Shown: in pieces, positions 32,222 through 43,900 of the stretch
How positions within the stretch are numbered: the stretch's first letter is position 1
Layout of the letters: each line of letters opens with the position of its first letter
Assembly (NCBI GenBank): GCA_965195345.1
Contig: OZ239628.1
Span: forward strand, 1,504,001-1,568,000
Source of the DNA: an uncultured Thiomicrospira sp.
GTDB lineage: Bacteria; Pseudomonadota; Gammaproteobacteria; CAKMZV01
Direction of reading: 5' to 3'
Length of the DNA stretch: 64,000 nt
The notes under the pieces: generated by a model
Seen by the model: the letters and a program-made list of their open reading frames with translations, nothing else
Told to the model about the DNA's origin: nothing
Database searches by the model: none
Made by a program: the position numbers and the translations under genes

Positions 32222-34288
32222 CACGAGGACATCAGCCGCCACAACCGAATCTGCATTGACAATGATCGGGTTAACATCAATTTCTTTGAAATAATCTCGC
32301 AGGTGATGACACATTAAAGAAAAGCTAACAAACGCTTCAATAACCGCTTTTTTATTTACCTTCTCCTGTCCGCGCACACCATCCAATAACTTTTTCACTC
32401 GCAAAGACTCTAGCATTTCTTCTGCTTTCAAATAACTAACAGGAGCTAAAGCAAACCGACGATCAGCAACCAATTCAATCAAAAAACCACCGGCTGCAAT
32501 CATAACAATTGGACCCACATCAGCATCTAATACACAACCAAAAGCTAACTCTACTCTTTTATCAAGCATTTTCTGTACTATTACACGCTCCCCAAGCCGC
32601 TGGCTGATATCTTCATATGCTAACTTCAGTTGCTCAATATTTTCAATGTCTAAATACACACCTTGCTGATCACTTTTATGCTCAATTCCTGATGCAGTTT
32701 TCAAAGCAACTGGAAAATCAAAATCAACGATGCTCTGGTTCAGCTGATCCCATGTTGTGCATACTCTATTCTCAACAGTATCCAGCCCAAAGTCTTGTAA
32801 TAGCGACAGTCCTAATGACTCATCAATGATTTCATTAGATAAAGTTTTTTTCCATTTCTCTATCATGCATGATGGGAAGTCAAAAGATTCAGGTGAAACT
32901 TCCTTCTCGTCTTTTTTCCTTCCCCATTGAAGAAATTTACTAGTCGCATAAAGTACTTCATGCAGACCGTTAAGCATTGGGACGTTTTTCTTAGCTAATG
33001 CATTAGCCAGTTTTTTATTATTTGTCTGAGCAAAACTTGAATAGATGAAACAAGGCTTAGATGTTAAATTTGGAAGATCTGTCGCCAACTCTAATAATTC
33101 TGGGGCGTAGATATAGTCATCTCTAAAGTCGGCTTCAAATCCAAGCATTGATACTTCATCAGATGTGCTGAAGATATCGAGCGAATGACGAAAGGCGTCG
33201 GCATAATTACCCGTTAAATTTCCGCCACAATCAAGAGGATTGGAAGCAACAAGTGGTGGTGGCAATATGGCTTGCAATTTTTCCATAAGGCTTTCATCCA
33301 AAATGGCTAATGGCGAATCCATTTTATCTGCACAATCCATTGCCAGCTCCCTCAACCCACCAGAATCATTGACCATAGCCACGCCACCTGCTCGCGGAAT
33401 CCTCCCCTGAGAACACAGCAATGCAACATTCATCATTTGATCTATTGTGTCAACAACAATAGCACCAAAATTTTCAAAAAGTGCATCGTATGCTGTTTCT
33501 GATCCAACAAGTGCTCCTGTATGGGATTGTGCCATTTTCTTGCTTTCTTCCGTACGTCCAACTTTGCAAATTACTACTGGAACACCCATTTTTTTCGCTT
33601 TTTCGATTGCTTGTGCTAATCCTTGTGGATTTCGAGCCGTCTCCATAAATACAGCAATCACATTTGTAGTCTCTCTTGAAAGAGCATAATCAATATACTC
33701 ATCTATACTTGAACCAATTTCTTGTCCAGGAGAAACAACCAGATCGAATCTATACCGAGCATCGTTTAAGGCAAGAAGCGTAAAAACGGAGCCCGAGTGG
33801 GCTAATAAAGTAATACCCCCTTGCTCAAGATGACCTGCAGGGTAATAGGTTCCAACACAACGGGAAGGCACATTAATAAACCCCATACAATTGCCACCAC
33901 AAATAGGAAAATTTGCCTCTTTAGCAATGTCTTTTAATCTTTGTAAAAGGTTCTTTTCCCCTGAAACACCATGACAGGCATCATATATAACCGCTGATCC
34001 GGCACCGCTTTCGATAGCATCCACTAATGCACTTTCAATATGTGCCCCACCTACTCCAAGAAGCGCTAAATCAACACTTTTTCCTAATTGTTTTAAACTT
34101 GCATAACAATTTTTACCAAGCATTGAATCATACTTAGGATTGATAAAATGCATATCACCTTCAAAACCAGCGCTACCAGCAGATTGAACCATACGCAATC
34201 CAAATGAATGCTCTTTAGGAGAGGCGCCGACTATGGCTATAGAATTCGCTTCAAACATTCGAGCAAGACGGTGTTTCATATCAGCCAT
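32213..34288 (-). CDS. ADP-forming acyl-CoA synthetase (fused alpha/beta acetate--CoA ligase family)
   Basis: IAIVGAS CoA-binding domain, GGNCMG, SHTGAL phospho-His, NPLD, HKSD..GV ATP-grasp, EIDVNP. Confidence 0.9.
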   Translation of the reverse strand: MADMKHRLARMFEANSIAIVGASPKEHSFGLRMVQSAGSAGFEGDMHFINPKYDSMLGKNCYASLKQLGKSVDLALLGVGGAHIESALVDAIESGAGSAVIYDACHGVSGEKNLLQRLKDIAKEANFPICGGNCMGFINVPSRCVGTYYPAGHLEQGGITLLAHSGSVFTLLALNDARYRFDLVVSPGQEIGSSIDEYIDYALSRETTNVIAVFMETARNPQGLAQAIEKAKKMGVPVVICKVGRTEESKKMAQSHTGALVGSETAYDALFENFGAIVVDTIDQMMNVALLCSQGRIPRAGGVAMVNDSGGLRELAMDCADKMDSPLAILDESLMEKLQAILPPPLVASNPLDCGGNLTGNYADAFRHSLDIFSTSDEVSMLGFEADFRDDYIYAPELLELATDLPNLTSKPCFIYSSFAQTNNKKLANALAKKNVPMLNGLHEVLYATSKFLQWGRKKDEKEVSPESFDFPSCMIEKWKKTLSNEIIDESLGLSLLQDFGLDTVENRVCTTWDQLNQSIVDFDFPVALKTASGIEHKSDQQGVYLDIENIEQLKLAYEDISQRLGERVIVQKMLDKRVELAFGCVLDADVGPIVMIAAGGFLIELVADRRFALAPVSYLKAEEMLESLRVKKLLDGVRGQEKVNKKAVIEAFVSFSLMCHHLRDYFKEIDVNPIIVNADSVVAADVLVLT

Positions 34289-34290
34289 GT

Positions 34291-35109
34291 TTATGAACCT
34301 TTGAACTTTGGAGGGCGTTTTTCAGCAAACGCCACAGCGCCTTCATTAAAATCATCGGAATTCAACATTTTTTCATAGTGCGCCATATTACTCATCCTTG
34401 CCCATGCTTTATGTGCGTTTTTGTGTGCCATTTCAGGTGACAAATTGGCGTTGTAGCGCATAAACTCTTTAAGTGCCTTGCTCACCAGCGGTGCACCATC
34501 GGCAATTAATTGAGCAACTTCGTATGCTTTTTTTCGCACATTATCCTTTGAAACCACATCACGAACCAACCCCCAATGTTTAGCTTCTTGAGCACTCATA
34601 CGACGCCCAGTTAAAATCATGTCTAAAGCAACGTTGTAAGGAATTCGATGGTGCAACTTCTGGATGCCGCCACCGTCTGGGATGAAGCCCCGTTGCATTT
34701 CTGGCAACCAAAATTCCGTATTTTCCGATGCGATAATTAAATCAGCGCCTAATACCATTTCGAAGCCACCACCGACGCATAAACCATCAACTGCAGCAAC
34801 AACTGGCTTATACATATCCCAAAATTCAGGTAGTCCACCTATGCCACCTGGACCTAAATCAAATCCACCCTCTTGATCTCGTCCATCGCCTTTTGCAAAA
34901 GCCTTTAAATCCCAGCCTCCACAAAATATGTTTTTGTTATTTGTGCTGGCCGATAAAATACCAACACGCAAGCTATCGTCATTATTCAATTCTTTGAATG
35001 CATCGTACAAGTCACAACTCATCTGATGATCAATAGCATTTGCTGGTGGTTTATCGAGCATTATTTCAAATATGCTCTCGTTTCTTAATGTCTTCGTAAA
35101 TTGTGTCAT
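34291..35109 (-). CDS. enoyl-CoA hydratase, CaiD/crotonobetainyl-CoA hydratase-like
   Basis: PANAID, FCGGWDLKA, GGGFE and LPE catalytic glutamates, RIPYNVA, AFAEKRPP. Confidence 0.88.
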   Translation of the reverse strand: MTQFTKTLRNESIFEIMLDKPPANAIDHQMSCDLYDAFKELNNDDSLRVGILSASTNNKNIFCGGWDLKAFAKGDGRDQEGGFDLGPGGIGGLPEFWDMYKPVVAAVDGLCVGGGFEMVLGADLIIASENTEFWLPEMQRGFIPDGGGIQKLHHRIPYNVALDMILTGRRMSAQEAKHWGLVRDVVSKDNVRKKAYEVAQLIADGAPLVSKALKEFMRYNANLSPEMAHKNAHKAWARMSNMAHYEKMLNSDDFNEGAVAFAEKRPPKFKGS

Positions 35110-35249
35110 TTTAGGAGTTGGCTGTTACGTTTTTCACGTGCGCATTTTATCTATTAAACCAACACAATGCAGTACAAATATTAAGGTAAAATAGAACGCA
35201 CTTAATTGACACAACTTCAATGGTTGAACACATTGAGTTCATGGTTTAA

Positions 35250-36320
<1,071 letters not shown>

Positions 36321-36375
36321 ATTCGAACACCACTGAAAATCTTTATCAGTACGATAATTCATAAAATCAAACCCG

Positions 36376-37176
36376 ATGCCTCTTAAATTTGGGTTAAAAT
36401 TTTCCATACTAACACTGTTATGTGTAGCACTTCTCTATACTGACATCAATCTGAAATGGCTCCAAGGGATTCGTCAAACACTACTCATCCCTTTGACACC
36501 ATTTCACGCATTACCGACTAAAGCACACAACCTTTCTAATTGGATTCAATCCTTAGGTCTTTTTCAAAGTGCTCTTCTTGAAAAAAATGAACAACTGGAA
36601 ACATACAATCAAATACTTTTGTCAAGATTACACAAATTAGTTTCTCTTGAACAGGAAAACGATGCTTTGCGTGAATTGTTAGGTGTTACCGATAGAATAG
36701 GATCCGTTCGATTGCTCGTAGCCGAAACACAATCGGTTAGTTTCAATCCTTTCGACTCTAACATACTCATAGATCGAGGAACAGATGATGGCGTTTATCT
36801 GCACCAACCAGTTGTTGAACATAATGGAATCATAGGTCAAGTGAGTCAAGTCAATGAAAATCAAAGCATTGTTACTTTAATTAATTCAATCTCCCACGCC
36901 ACTCCTATTACAAACCAAAGGAATGGAGCACGTGGCATATTATTTGGAAACGGTGAAAACCTTGAACTTCGCTTTATTTTTCAAGAGAATCAATTTCGCA
37001 CGAATGACATATTGATAACTTCAGGTTTGGGTAACGTATTTCCTGCAGGATATCCAGTTGCGGTAGTTAAAGAAGTTAAAAAAAAGACAAATAATTTTAC
37101 TTCTATTGTTGCTAAGCCACTGGCTTCGCTGAACACAGCTCGATACGTTCTGCTATTGTGGGATGATCAAGAATGA
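36376..37176 (+). CDS. mreC: rod shape-determining protein MreC
   Basis: TM plus coiled coil, TSGLGNVFPAGYPV. Confidence 0.93.
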   Translation: MPLKFGLKFSILTLLCVALLYTDINLKWLQGIRQTLLIPLTPFHALPTKAHNLSNWIQSLGLFQSALLEKNEQLETYNQILLSRLHKLVSLEQENDALRELLGVTDRIGSVRLLVAETQSVSFNPFDSNILIDRGTDDGVYLHQPVVEHNGIIGQVSQVNENQSIVTLINSISHATPITNQRNGARGILFGNGENLELRFIFQENQFRTNDILITSGLGNVFPAGYPVAVVKEVKKKTNNFTSIVAKPLASLNTARYVLLLWDDQE

Positions 37177-37679
37177 TTTTATATAACGAAAAAAACTTTG
37201 CTGATTTAAGTTATCGCCTTGTGGCCTTTTCTCTTGTCATCTCCTTATTTATCTACATATTACCTTGGGATAAATCACTCAAAATACTGTTACCTGACTT
37301 TCCTCTTTTAACGGTGCTTTTTGTAATACGCCATTCACCGAAACGTTATGGGCTTATCTTGGCGTTCTCAATCGGTTTAATTCAAGACGTTCTTCTCTTT
37401 ATGCCTTTAGGTTTAAATGCATTTATTTTTTTAAGTTCTGCTGTTATTTGTTTAATCTTCTTCAACCGTCCTTATCAAATTAGCAATGTCCAAGAAGCTA
37501 TCCTTACCTTTATATTATTTTTCTTATCAAAAATAATCCATTTGATCGCACTAGAGCTATTATTGACTGAACCAAACTATGGTGAAGTAATGATCCCTTT
37601 GATAATTTCATTGTTTTTTTCTACCGCTTTATGGATGATGATGCGTGCTTTAGTCCTCTTATACTATAGTGATAGGTAA
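37173..37679 (+). CDS. mreD: rod shape-determining protein MreD
   Basis: Polytopic membrane protein, GLIQDVL..PLG, position in operon. Confidence 0.85.
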   Translation: MILYNEKNFADLSYRLVAFSLVISLFIYILPWDKSLKILLPDFPLLTVLFVIRHSPKRYGLILAFSIGLIQDVLLFMPLGLNAFIFLSSAVICLIFFNRPYQISNVQEAILTFILFFLSKIIHLIALELLLTEPNYGEVMIPLIISLFFSTALWMMMRALVLLYYSDR

Positions 37680-37681
37680 TT

Positions 37682-39547
37682 ATGGTATACCAACAACAAA
37701 AACGACAATATATCAATAATGCGCATACGGAAAATAGTATTCTCAGTGGACGCATTATTTTCCTATTTATCATATGCCTTTTATTGATAGCCACTCTATT
37801 AATTCGCATCATTGATCTGCAGCTATTCAAACATGAAAAATTCTCTCTTTATTCAGATAGAAATCGACTAGACATAATTTCTTTAGCACCTTCCCGTAGC
37901 AATATTTATGATCGCAATGGAAAGTTACTCGCAACCAATCATCCTTCATTTAACCTTGAAATACATCCTAAACAACTTAAACGTACCAACTACACAGAGG
38001 TATTGGATACTTTATCAGAAATTGTCACATTAGACGAAAATGACAAAAATAAAATCATTAGAGCCATACAAAAAGGCACTAATAACCCATTACTGATAAA
38101 GCAAAATATCAGTGAAGTAGTCGTCGCTCAAATTAGTGCTCGATTAAACAAACTACCAGGGGTGCGTATAAAATCAGAACCCAAACGTTACTATCCTTAC
38201 GGTTCTGTTGGTTCACATGTTATTGGATACACTGACATAGTCAAAGCAGAGGACATTGAAAAAAACGACCCTCAATCTTTACGAGGGATTAAGCGAGTAG
38301 GACGTAAAGGCATAGAGGCGTATTACGATACATGGTTGAGAGGAAAAGCTGGATATGCCACTATTGAGCAAGATGTTTTGGGTAATGATATTCGCGAAAT
38401 AACAAGCACGAATCCAACCGACGGAATGCCATTAACATTAAGCATAGACATCCAACTTCAACAATACATTGAAGAGCTAATATCCCCATTTAAAGGTTCA
38501 GTAGTTGTTGTTGACACACACAATGGTGAGGTTTTATCTTTAGTCAGTATGCCAAATTATGATCTCAACCTAATTATAGGTGAGCGTAACAGTTCAGAGT
38601 ATAAGACACTGATTCGATCTCTCGATAGCCCATTTCTAAATCGTGCTATTAACGGACAATACTCACCAGGATCTACGTTCAAACCATTCATCGCATTAGC
38701 AGGCATGGAAAAAAATAAACTTGATCCTAATAAGAAAGTTTTTGCAGGTCCATATTATCAAATACCAGGGAAATTAAAACATAAATTCTATGATTGGAAA
38801 GACGGTGGTCATGGTTGGGTTAACTTGGATACCGCTATAGCTCAATCATGCGATGTTTATTTTTATGATTTAGCCTATCGTATTGGTATTGACGATCTCC
38901 ATGAATACCTTTCACAATTTTATTTTGGTTCTTCAACAGGAATTGATTTACCTAATGAAAGTGCTGGACTTCTTCCTTATCGAGCATGGAAAAAAGAAAA
39001 AAAATCGATTCGTTGGTACCCAGGAGAAACTGTTATTTTCGGAATTGGTCAAGGATACTTGCTAACCACTCCTCTGCAAATGGCTGTTAATATGTCAGCT
39101 ATCGCCAATAGAGGTCGACTCATTTCACCCAAAATAACCTTGAACTCTCCGACCACATCCTCAAAAAATCAATCCAAAACCATTCCTACTGCAAACACAC
39201 TTTACTGGAACAAAGTAACGAGTGCTTTGCATAATAGTATTTCCAAAAAATATGGAACAGCACATAAAATATCCACAGGAGCAAAATACTCGATAGCTGG
39301 GAAAACTGGAACAGTCCAGGTATTTCAGCTATCTCAAGATAAAGAAATACGAAAAAAACAAAAAGAGATAACACAGGAAAAACTACGTGACCATTCTGTC
39401 TTTACTGCTTTCGCCCCAGTGAACAATCCTCGAATTTCAATCGCAGTCGTCATTGAAAATGGCGGAAGTGGGAGTTCATTAGCAGCACCTATTGCGCGTG
39501 ATGTAATGGATAAATATTTTGAACTATACCCTCTAAATCATCTGTGA
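37682..39547 (+). CDS. mrdA: penicillin-binding protein 2
   Basis: STFK, SCD, KTG transpeptidase motifs. Confidence 0.95.
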   Translation: MVYQQQKRQYINNAHTENSILSGRIIFLFIICLLLIATLLIRIIDLQLFKHEKFSLYSDRNRLDIISLAPSRSNIYDRNGKLLATNHPSFNLEIHPKQLKRTNYTEVLDTLSEIVTLDENDKNKIIRAIQKGTNNPLLIKQNISEVVVAQISARLNKLPGVRIKSEPKRYYPYGSVGSHVIGYTDIVKAEDIEKNDPQSLRGIKRVGRKGIEAYYDTWLRGKAGYATIEQDVLGNDIREITSTNPTDGMPLTLSIDIQLQQYIEELISPFKGSVVVVDTHNGEVLSLVSMPNYDLNLIIGERNSSEYKTLIRSLDSPFLNRAINGQYSPGSTFKPFIALAGMEKNKLDPNKKVFAGPYYQIPGKLKHKFYDWKDGGHGWVNLDTAIAQSCDVYFYDLAYRIGIDDLHEYLSQFYFGSSTGIDLPNESAGLLPYRAWKKEKKSIRWYPGETVIFGIGQGYLLTTPLQMAVNMSAIANRGRLISPKITLNSPTTSSKNQSKTIPTANTLYWNKVTSALHNSISKKYGTAHKISTGAKYSIAGKTGTVQVFQLSQDKEIRKKQKEITQEKLRDHSVFTAFAPVNNPRISIAVVIENGGSGSSLAAPIARDVMDKYFELYPLNHL

Positions 39548-40647
39548 AAAACAGTTTGAAATCGTTCGCCGCGCTGATCACAATTGATTGGTATTTGCTA
39601 TTATTATTTCTTATCTTTGCTGTTGTTTCTCTCGTTCTACTATACAGTGCTGGTAGTGGCGAGTTTCAATATGTACAAAAGCAGGCGTTGAATTTTTTGA
39701 TTGCTTTTATTTCTATGTTAGTAATTGCTCAACTACCCGTAAGGCATATACGTACACTAACACCTTGGATCTATTTATTATTTATTGGATTGTTAATATT
39801 TGTACTGTTTGCTGGGCAAACTGGGAAAGGCGCTCAACGTTGGATTTCATTTGGTGGCATCAGCCTGCAGCCTTCCGAAATTGTGAAAGTCATTCTTCCA
39901 GCGATGCTCGTATGGTGGCTAGAAAAAACACGGGGCAGCAACCAATCTATAATCGTTTGGTTAGGGTTTATCATACTAACTTGTGTGCCTCTTGCGCTTA
40001 TCGTCTTACAACCAGACTTAGGCACAAGCTTAATGATTTCTGCTAATGTCATTATCATCATAATCGCCATTGGAGTATCCAAAAAAAAAATAGCCGGTCT
40101 GTTTGCCCTAGGAATATCGGCTCTGCCTATATTATGGTTAAACATGCACGCCTATCAAAAGTCGCGTGTACTCACTTTTCTTGATCCTTTCAAAGACCCA
40201 TTAGGTCATGGATATCACGTAATCCAGTCGCAGACAGCAATTGGCTCTGGAGGTATAGTCGGAAAAGGATGGCTGAATGGAACGCAATCTCAACTTAATT
40301 TCGTACCCGAACAACACACTGATTTTATCTTTTCCCTTCTCGCTGAGGAGTTTGGATTCATTGGTATTATTGTTCTTTTTTTGTTATATTTTTGTGTGTT
40401 AATACGTGGATTATTGATAGCATGGAATGCACAAAATTTTTTCACACAAGTGCTCGCCATCTCTCTAACTACCAGTTTTTTTATAAATGCGATTGTTAAT
40501 ATTGCTATGGTGACAGGTTTGCTACCCGTGGTGGGATTGCCATTGCCTCTCATTAGTTATGGAGGAAGTGCGCTGTTGACACACGCGCTTGCCTTTGGAC
40601 TGCTGATATCGATCGGATCTCATAAACTCTACATAATAAATAAATGA
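39544..40647 (+). CDS. rodA: SEDS glycosyltransferase RodA
   Basis: GAQRW, QPSE, QPDLGT, PEQHTDFIF, ISYGGS. Confidence 0.96.
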   Translation: MKNSLKSFAALITIDWYLLLLFLIFAVVSLVLLYSAGSGEFQYVQKQALNFLIAFISMLVIAQLPVRHIRTLTPWIYLLFIGLLIFVLFAGQTGKGAQRWISFGGISLQPSEIVKVILPAMLVWWLEKTRGSNQSIIVWLGFIILTCVPLALIVLQPDLGTSLMISANVIIIIIAIGVSKKKIAGLFALGISALPILWLNMHAYQKSRVLTFLDPFKDPLGHGYHVIQSQTAIGSGGIVGKGWLNGTQSQLNFVPEQHTDFIFSLLAEEFGFIGIIVLFLLYFCVLIRGLLIAWNAQNFFTQVLAISLTTSFFINAIVNIAMVTGLLPVVGLPLPLISYGGSALLTHALAFGLLISIGSHKLYIINK

Positions 40648-41690
40648 TAATGCTGAAATATTTACTAAAACCACTTGCTTCTAAACTGCTTATTACTTTA
40701 ATTGTAATCATTCCTGTTAATGCACTTGCTAATAACCTTTTCCAAGAAAACAAAAATTTAAAGCATTTGCAAAAAAAAGAGGTCTTACGTTTTATTTCTA
40801 CTCTTAAGAAAAAACATGGTTTTTCTCCAGAACAGTTAAATACGATATTTGCAACTTATCAGTACGACCCCACGCTATTACCTATTCGAAAGAAAAGAGT
40901 GGCAGCAATACAGAAAAAAGGATCTCCTTGGCTAAGATACAAAAGAAAAGCGATAACCAATGAGCGCCTTGAAGCTGGGCGACGCTTTTATGTTGATAAT
41001 TATGAGATATTTTCAAGCGTAGAGAAAAAATTCCGTGTAGACAGTTCCTACATCCTTGCTATTCTCGGGCTTGAAACAAACTATGGCGCGTTTCAAGGTT
41101 CTCGGAGAGTTTTTGATACATTAACTACCTTATCCTTTCACAAACGTTCAAGAAGGAAAAAACTATTTTCTTCAGAGTTAAAAGAATTTTTAATGTTGTA
41201 TCAGAGTAAAAAACTTCAACTATCTGACATCGGTTCTCGAGCTGGAGCTATGGGTATGAGTCAATTTCTTCCTACATCTTTGAAAAACTTTGGCATTGAT
41301 TTTGACAACGATGGCCACGTTAACCTATTTAACTCAAAAGCGGATGCTATTGCCAGTATTGCAAACTATTTAAAACATCATGGTTGGCAACACAATAAGA
41401 AGGCAGCAATCCGTTTGAATCCTCATAAAACTCTTTCTTTTATGGCGCGTAGCAAATACAACTATTCAGTAAGGAATCTTCAAAAAAACTATGGTCAAAA
41501 GTTGCCAAATTTTTCACCAAAAACTTTAGGAAAAGTATATAACTTCAGTACTGATGAAAAATCGATTTATTGGTACGGAATGAAAAATTTTAGAATATTA
41601 AAACAGTACAATCACAGCAACTTCTACGCCATGTCAATAACGCAACTGGCTGATTTATTTAAACTTGACAAGGCAATTGGTGCTAAATGA
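40644..41690 (+). CDS. mltB: lytic murein transglycosylase B family
   Basis: ILGLETNYG catalytic Glu, GSRAGAMGMSQF, DFDNDG EF-hand-like loop, YNHSNFYA. Confidence 0.9.
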   Translation: MIMLKYLLKPLASKLLITLIVIIPVNALANNLFQENKNLKHLQKKEVLRFISTLKKKHGFSPEQLNTIFATYQYDPTLLPIRKKRVAAIQKKGSPWLRYKRKAITNERLEAGRRFYVDNYEIFSSVEKKFRVDSSYILAILGLETNYGAFQGSRRVFDTLTTLSFHKRSRRKKLFSSELKEFLMLYQSKKLQLSDIGSRAGAMGMSQFLPTSLKNFGIDFDNDGHVNLFNSKADAIASIANYLKHHGWQHNKKAAIRLNPHKTLSFMARSKYNYSVRNLQKNYGQKLPNFSPKTLGKVYNFSTDEKSIYWYGMKNFRILKQYNHSNFYAMSITQLADLFKLDKAIGAK

Positions 41691-41697
41691 TTATTTT

Positions 41698-42792
41698 TCA
41701 AACACCCATCTTAAGACTTGCTTCGATGAATTGATTCAAATCTCCATCAAGAACCGCTTGAGTATTGCCTACCTCAACACCTGTTCGTAAGTCTTTTATT
41801 CTTCCAGAATCAAGAACATAAGAACGAATCTGACTCCCCCACCCAATATCCGCCTTATTATCCTCCAATTCCTTCTTTTCACTATTGCGTTTGCGCATCT
41901 CTAATTCATAGAGCTTAGCGCGCATCTGCTTCATTGCTTCAGCTTTATTTGCATGTTGTGATCGAGAGTTTTGACACTGAGTAACTATGCCACTAGGTTC
42001 ATGCGTTAAACGTACTGCAGATTCCGTTTTATTTACATGTTGCCCTCCTGCACCTGAAGCCCGATAAACATCAACACGCACATCCGCTATATTAACATCC
42101 ACCTCAAAACTATCGTCTATCTCTGGAGAAACAAATACGGAAGCAAAAGACGTGTGTCTTTTACTATTTGAATCGAAAGGTGATTTCCTAACTAATCGAT
42201 GAACACCTGTTTCAGTACGTAGCCAACCATATGCAAAATGACCTTTCACATGCAAAGAGGCACTTTTTATCCCTGCAACATCTCCATAGGAAACATCATT
42301 AATTTCAACTTGGAATCCTTGACGTTCAACCCAACGTAAATATTGTCGCATCAACATTTGCGCCCAATCTTGAGCTTCCGTACCACCGGAACCAGATTGA
42401 ATTTCTACGTAACAATTATTAGCATCAAGCTCCCCATTAAACATGCGCTGAAATTCGGCGGTTTCAACTCGTGTAACTAATACGTCAACCTCTCCCACCA
42501 TCTCCTCCGCACTGTTGACATCACCCTCTTCGCGCATCATTAACCAAAGCTCACAGCTATCTTTCACATCACTACTTAAACTATCAACTTGTTCTACCTG
42601 AACCTCCAGCATTGACTTACGACGCCCAAAATTTGCACTTTTTTCAACGTCAGACCAAACTTCAGGCATGGTTAATTGCTTCTCGATATATTCCAATTCA
42701 GTCCGCAAATCCTCTATTTTCAGCATTTCAGCAAGCTGCTTCACCCTATCTTCTAAATCTGTCAGACGTTCAATATAAAGCGTATACTCCAT
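41698..42792 (-). CDS. prfB: peptide chain release factor 2 (continuous ORF, no frameshift)
   Basis: SPF anticodon-mimic motif (VRKSPFD), GAGGQH, WGSQIRSYVL. Confidence 0.97.
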   Translation of the reverse strand: MEYTLYIERLTDLEDRVKQLAEMLKIEDLRTELEYIEKQLTMPEVWSDVEKSANFGRRKSMLEVQVEQVDSLSSDVKDSCELWLMMREEGDVNSAEEMVGEVDVLVTRVETAEFQRMFNGELDANNCYVEIQSGSGGTEAQDWAQMLMRQYLRWVERQGFQVEINDVSYGDVAGIKSASLHVKGHFAYGWLRTETGVHRLVRKSPFDSNSKRHTSFASVFVSPEIDDSFEVDVNIADVRVDVYRASGAGGQHVNKTESAVRLTHEPSGIVTQCQNSRSQHANKAEAMKQMRAKLYELEMRKRNSEKKELEDNKADIGWGSQIRSYVLDSGRIKDLRTGVEVGNTQAVLDGDLNQFIEASLKMGV

Positions 42793-42793
42793 A

Positions 42794-43876
42794 CTAGCTA
42801 TCGTTTAAAATTGCTTTTTTAACTGCTGAAGCAGTCGCCTCAACTATTTCAATTTTTGAAGTGCTTTTACATTGTTCAATTGCAACATCTGGATCTTTCA
42901 TCCCATTTCCAGTCAAAGTACAAACAATTTGCGATCCTTCTTTAATTTTTCCCAAGTTGATGTCACGTATGAGACCCGCTAAAGAAATAGCGGACGCTGG
43001 TTCACAGAAAATTCCTTCCATACGAGCAAGCATGGACTGGACTTCAAGAATATGCTTATCGTCTAATTGACCAAACCATCCTTTTGACTCCCTATTAGCT
43101 GCCCATGCCAAATCCCAGCTTTGCGGATTCCCTATCCGAATTGCTGTTGCAATTGTTTCTGGGCTTTCAACCGGTTGTCCTGATAAAAATGGAGCGGCAC
43201 CACTCGCTTGATACCCAACCATTACGGGTAATTTCGTACTCAAATCATCGACTTGATATTCTTTATATCCCATCCAGTATGCACTGATATTACCAGCATT
43301 ACCAACCGGCAAGTAGTGGTAATCTGGCGCATCTCCTAAATCATCAATAATCTCGAAAGCTGCGGTTTTTTGACCTTGTAACCTATACGGATTAATTGAA
43401 TTGACAATTGCAGCGTTTGACTCTTCTGCTACTTCCTGTACCAATCGCATTCCATCATCAAAATTACCTCGTACTTGGATGATTTCAGCGCCGTACATCA
43501 TTGCTTGAGCCAATTTCCCCATAGCAATCTTCCCTTCAGGGATGAGAACAACTGAACGAATACCAGCCGATGCAGCATATGCAGCAGCGGCGGCTGAAGT
43601 ATTGCCAGTAGACGCACAGATAATTGTTTTTGAACCCTCGTTAACGGCATGAGTAACCGCCACAGTCATTCCTCGATCTTTAAAAGATCCAGTTGGATTC
43701 AATCCTTCATACTTAACATATATACTAACATCAGTAGATAATTCGGAAGGAATTCGAACCAATTTAATCAGTGGAGTTTGACCTTCACCGAGACTAATAA
43801 CTCTCTCGCCATCAGCGATTGGAAGACGAGATCGATATTTATCTATAAGACCTGTATACCGTGAAAAATTTGACAT
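42794..43876 (-). CDS. thrC: threonine synthase (short type)
   Basis: EGLNPTGSFKDRG PLP-Lys, ASTGNT, PVGNAGN; start set at 43876 because the longer ORF overlaps tRNA-Pro. Confidence 0.94.
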   Translation of the reverse strand: MSNFSRYTGLIDKYRSRLPIADGERVISLGEGQTPLIKLVRIPSELSTDVSIYVKYEGLNPTGSFKDRGMTVAVTHAVNEGSKTIICASTGNTSAAAAAYAASAGIRSVVLIPEGKIAMGKLAQAMMYGAEIIQVRGNFDDGMRLVQEVAEESNAAIVNSINPYRLQGQKTAAFEIIDDLGDAPDYHYLPVGNAGNISAYWMGYKEYQVDDLSTKLPVMVGYQASGAAPFLSGQPVESPETIATAIRIGNPQSWDLAWAANRESKGWFGQLDDKHILEVQSMLARMEGIFCEPASAISLAGLIRDINLGKIKEGSQIVCTLTGNGMKDPDVAIEQCKSTSKIEIVEATASAVKKAILNDS

Positions 43877-43900
43877 ATTTGATATATTAAAGACAATACG

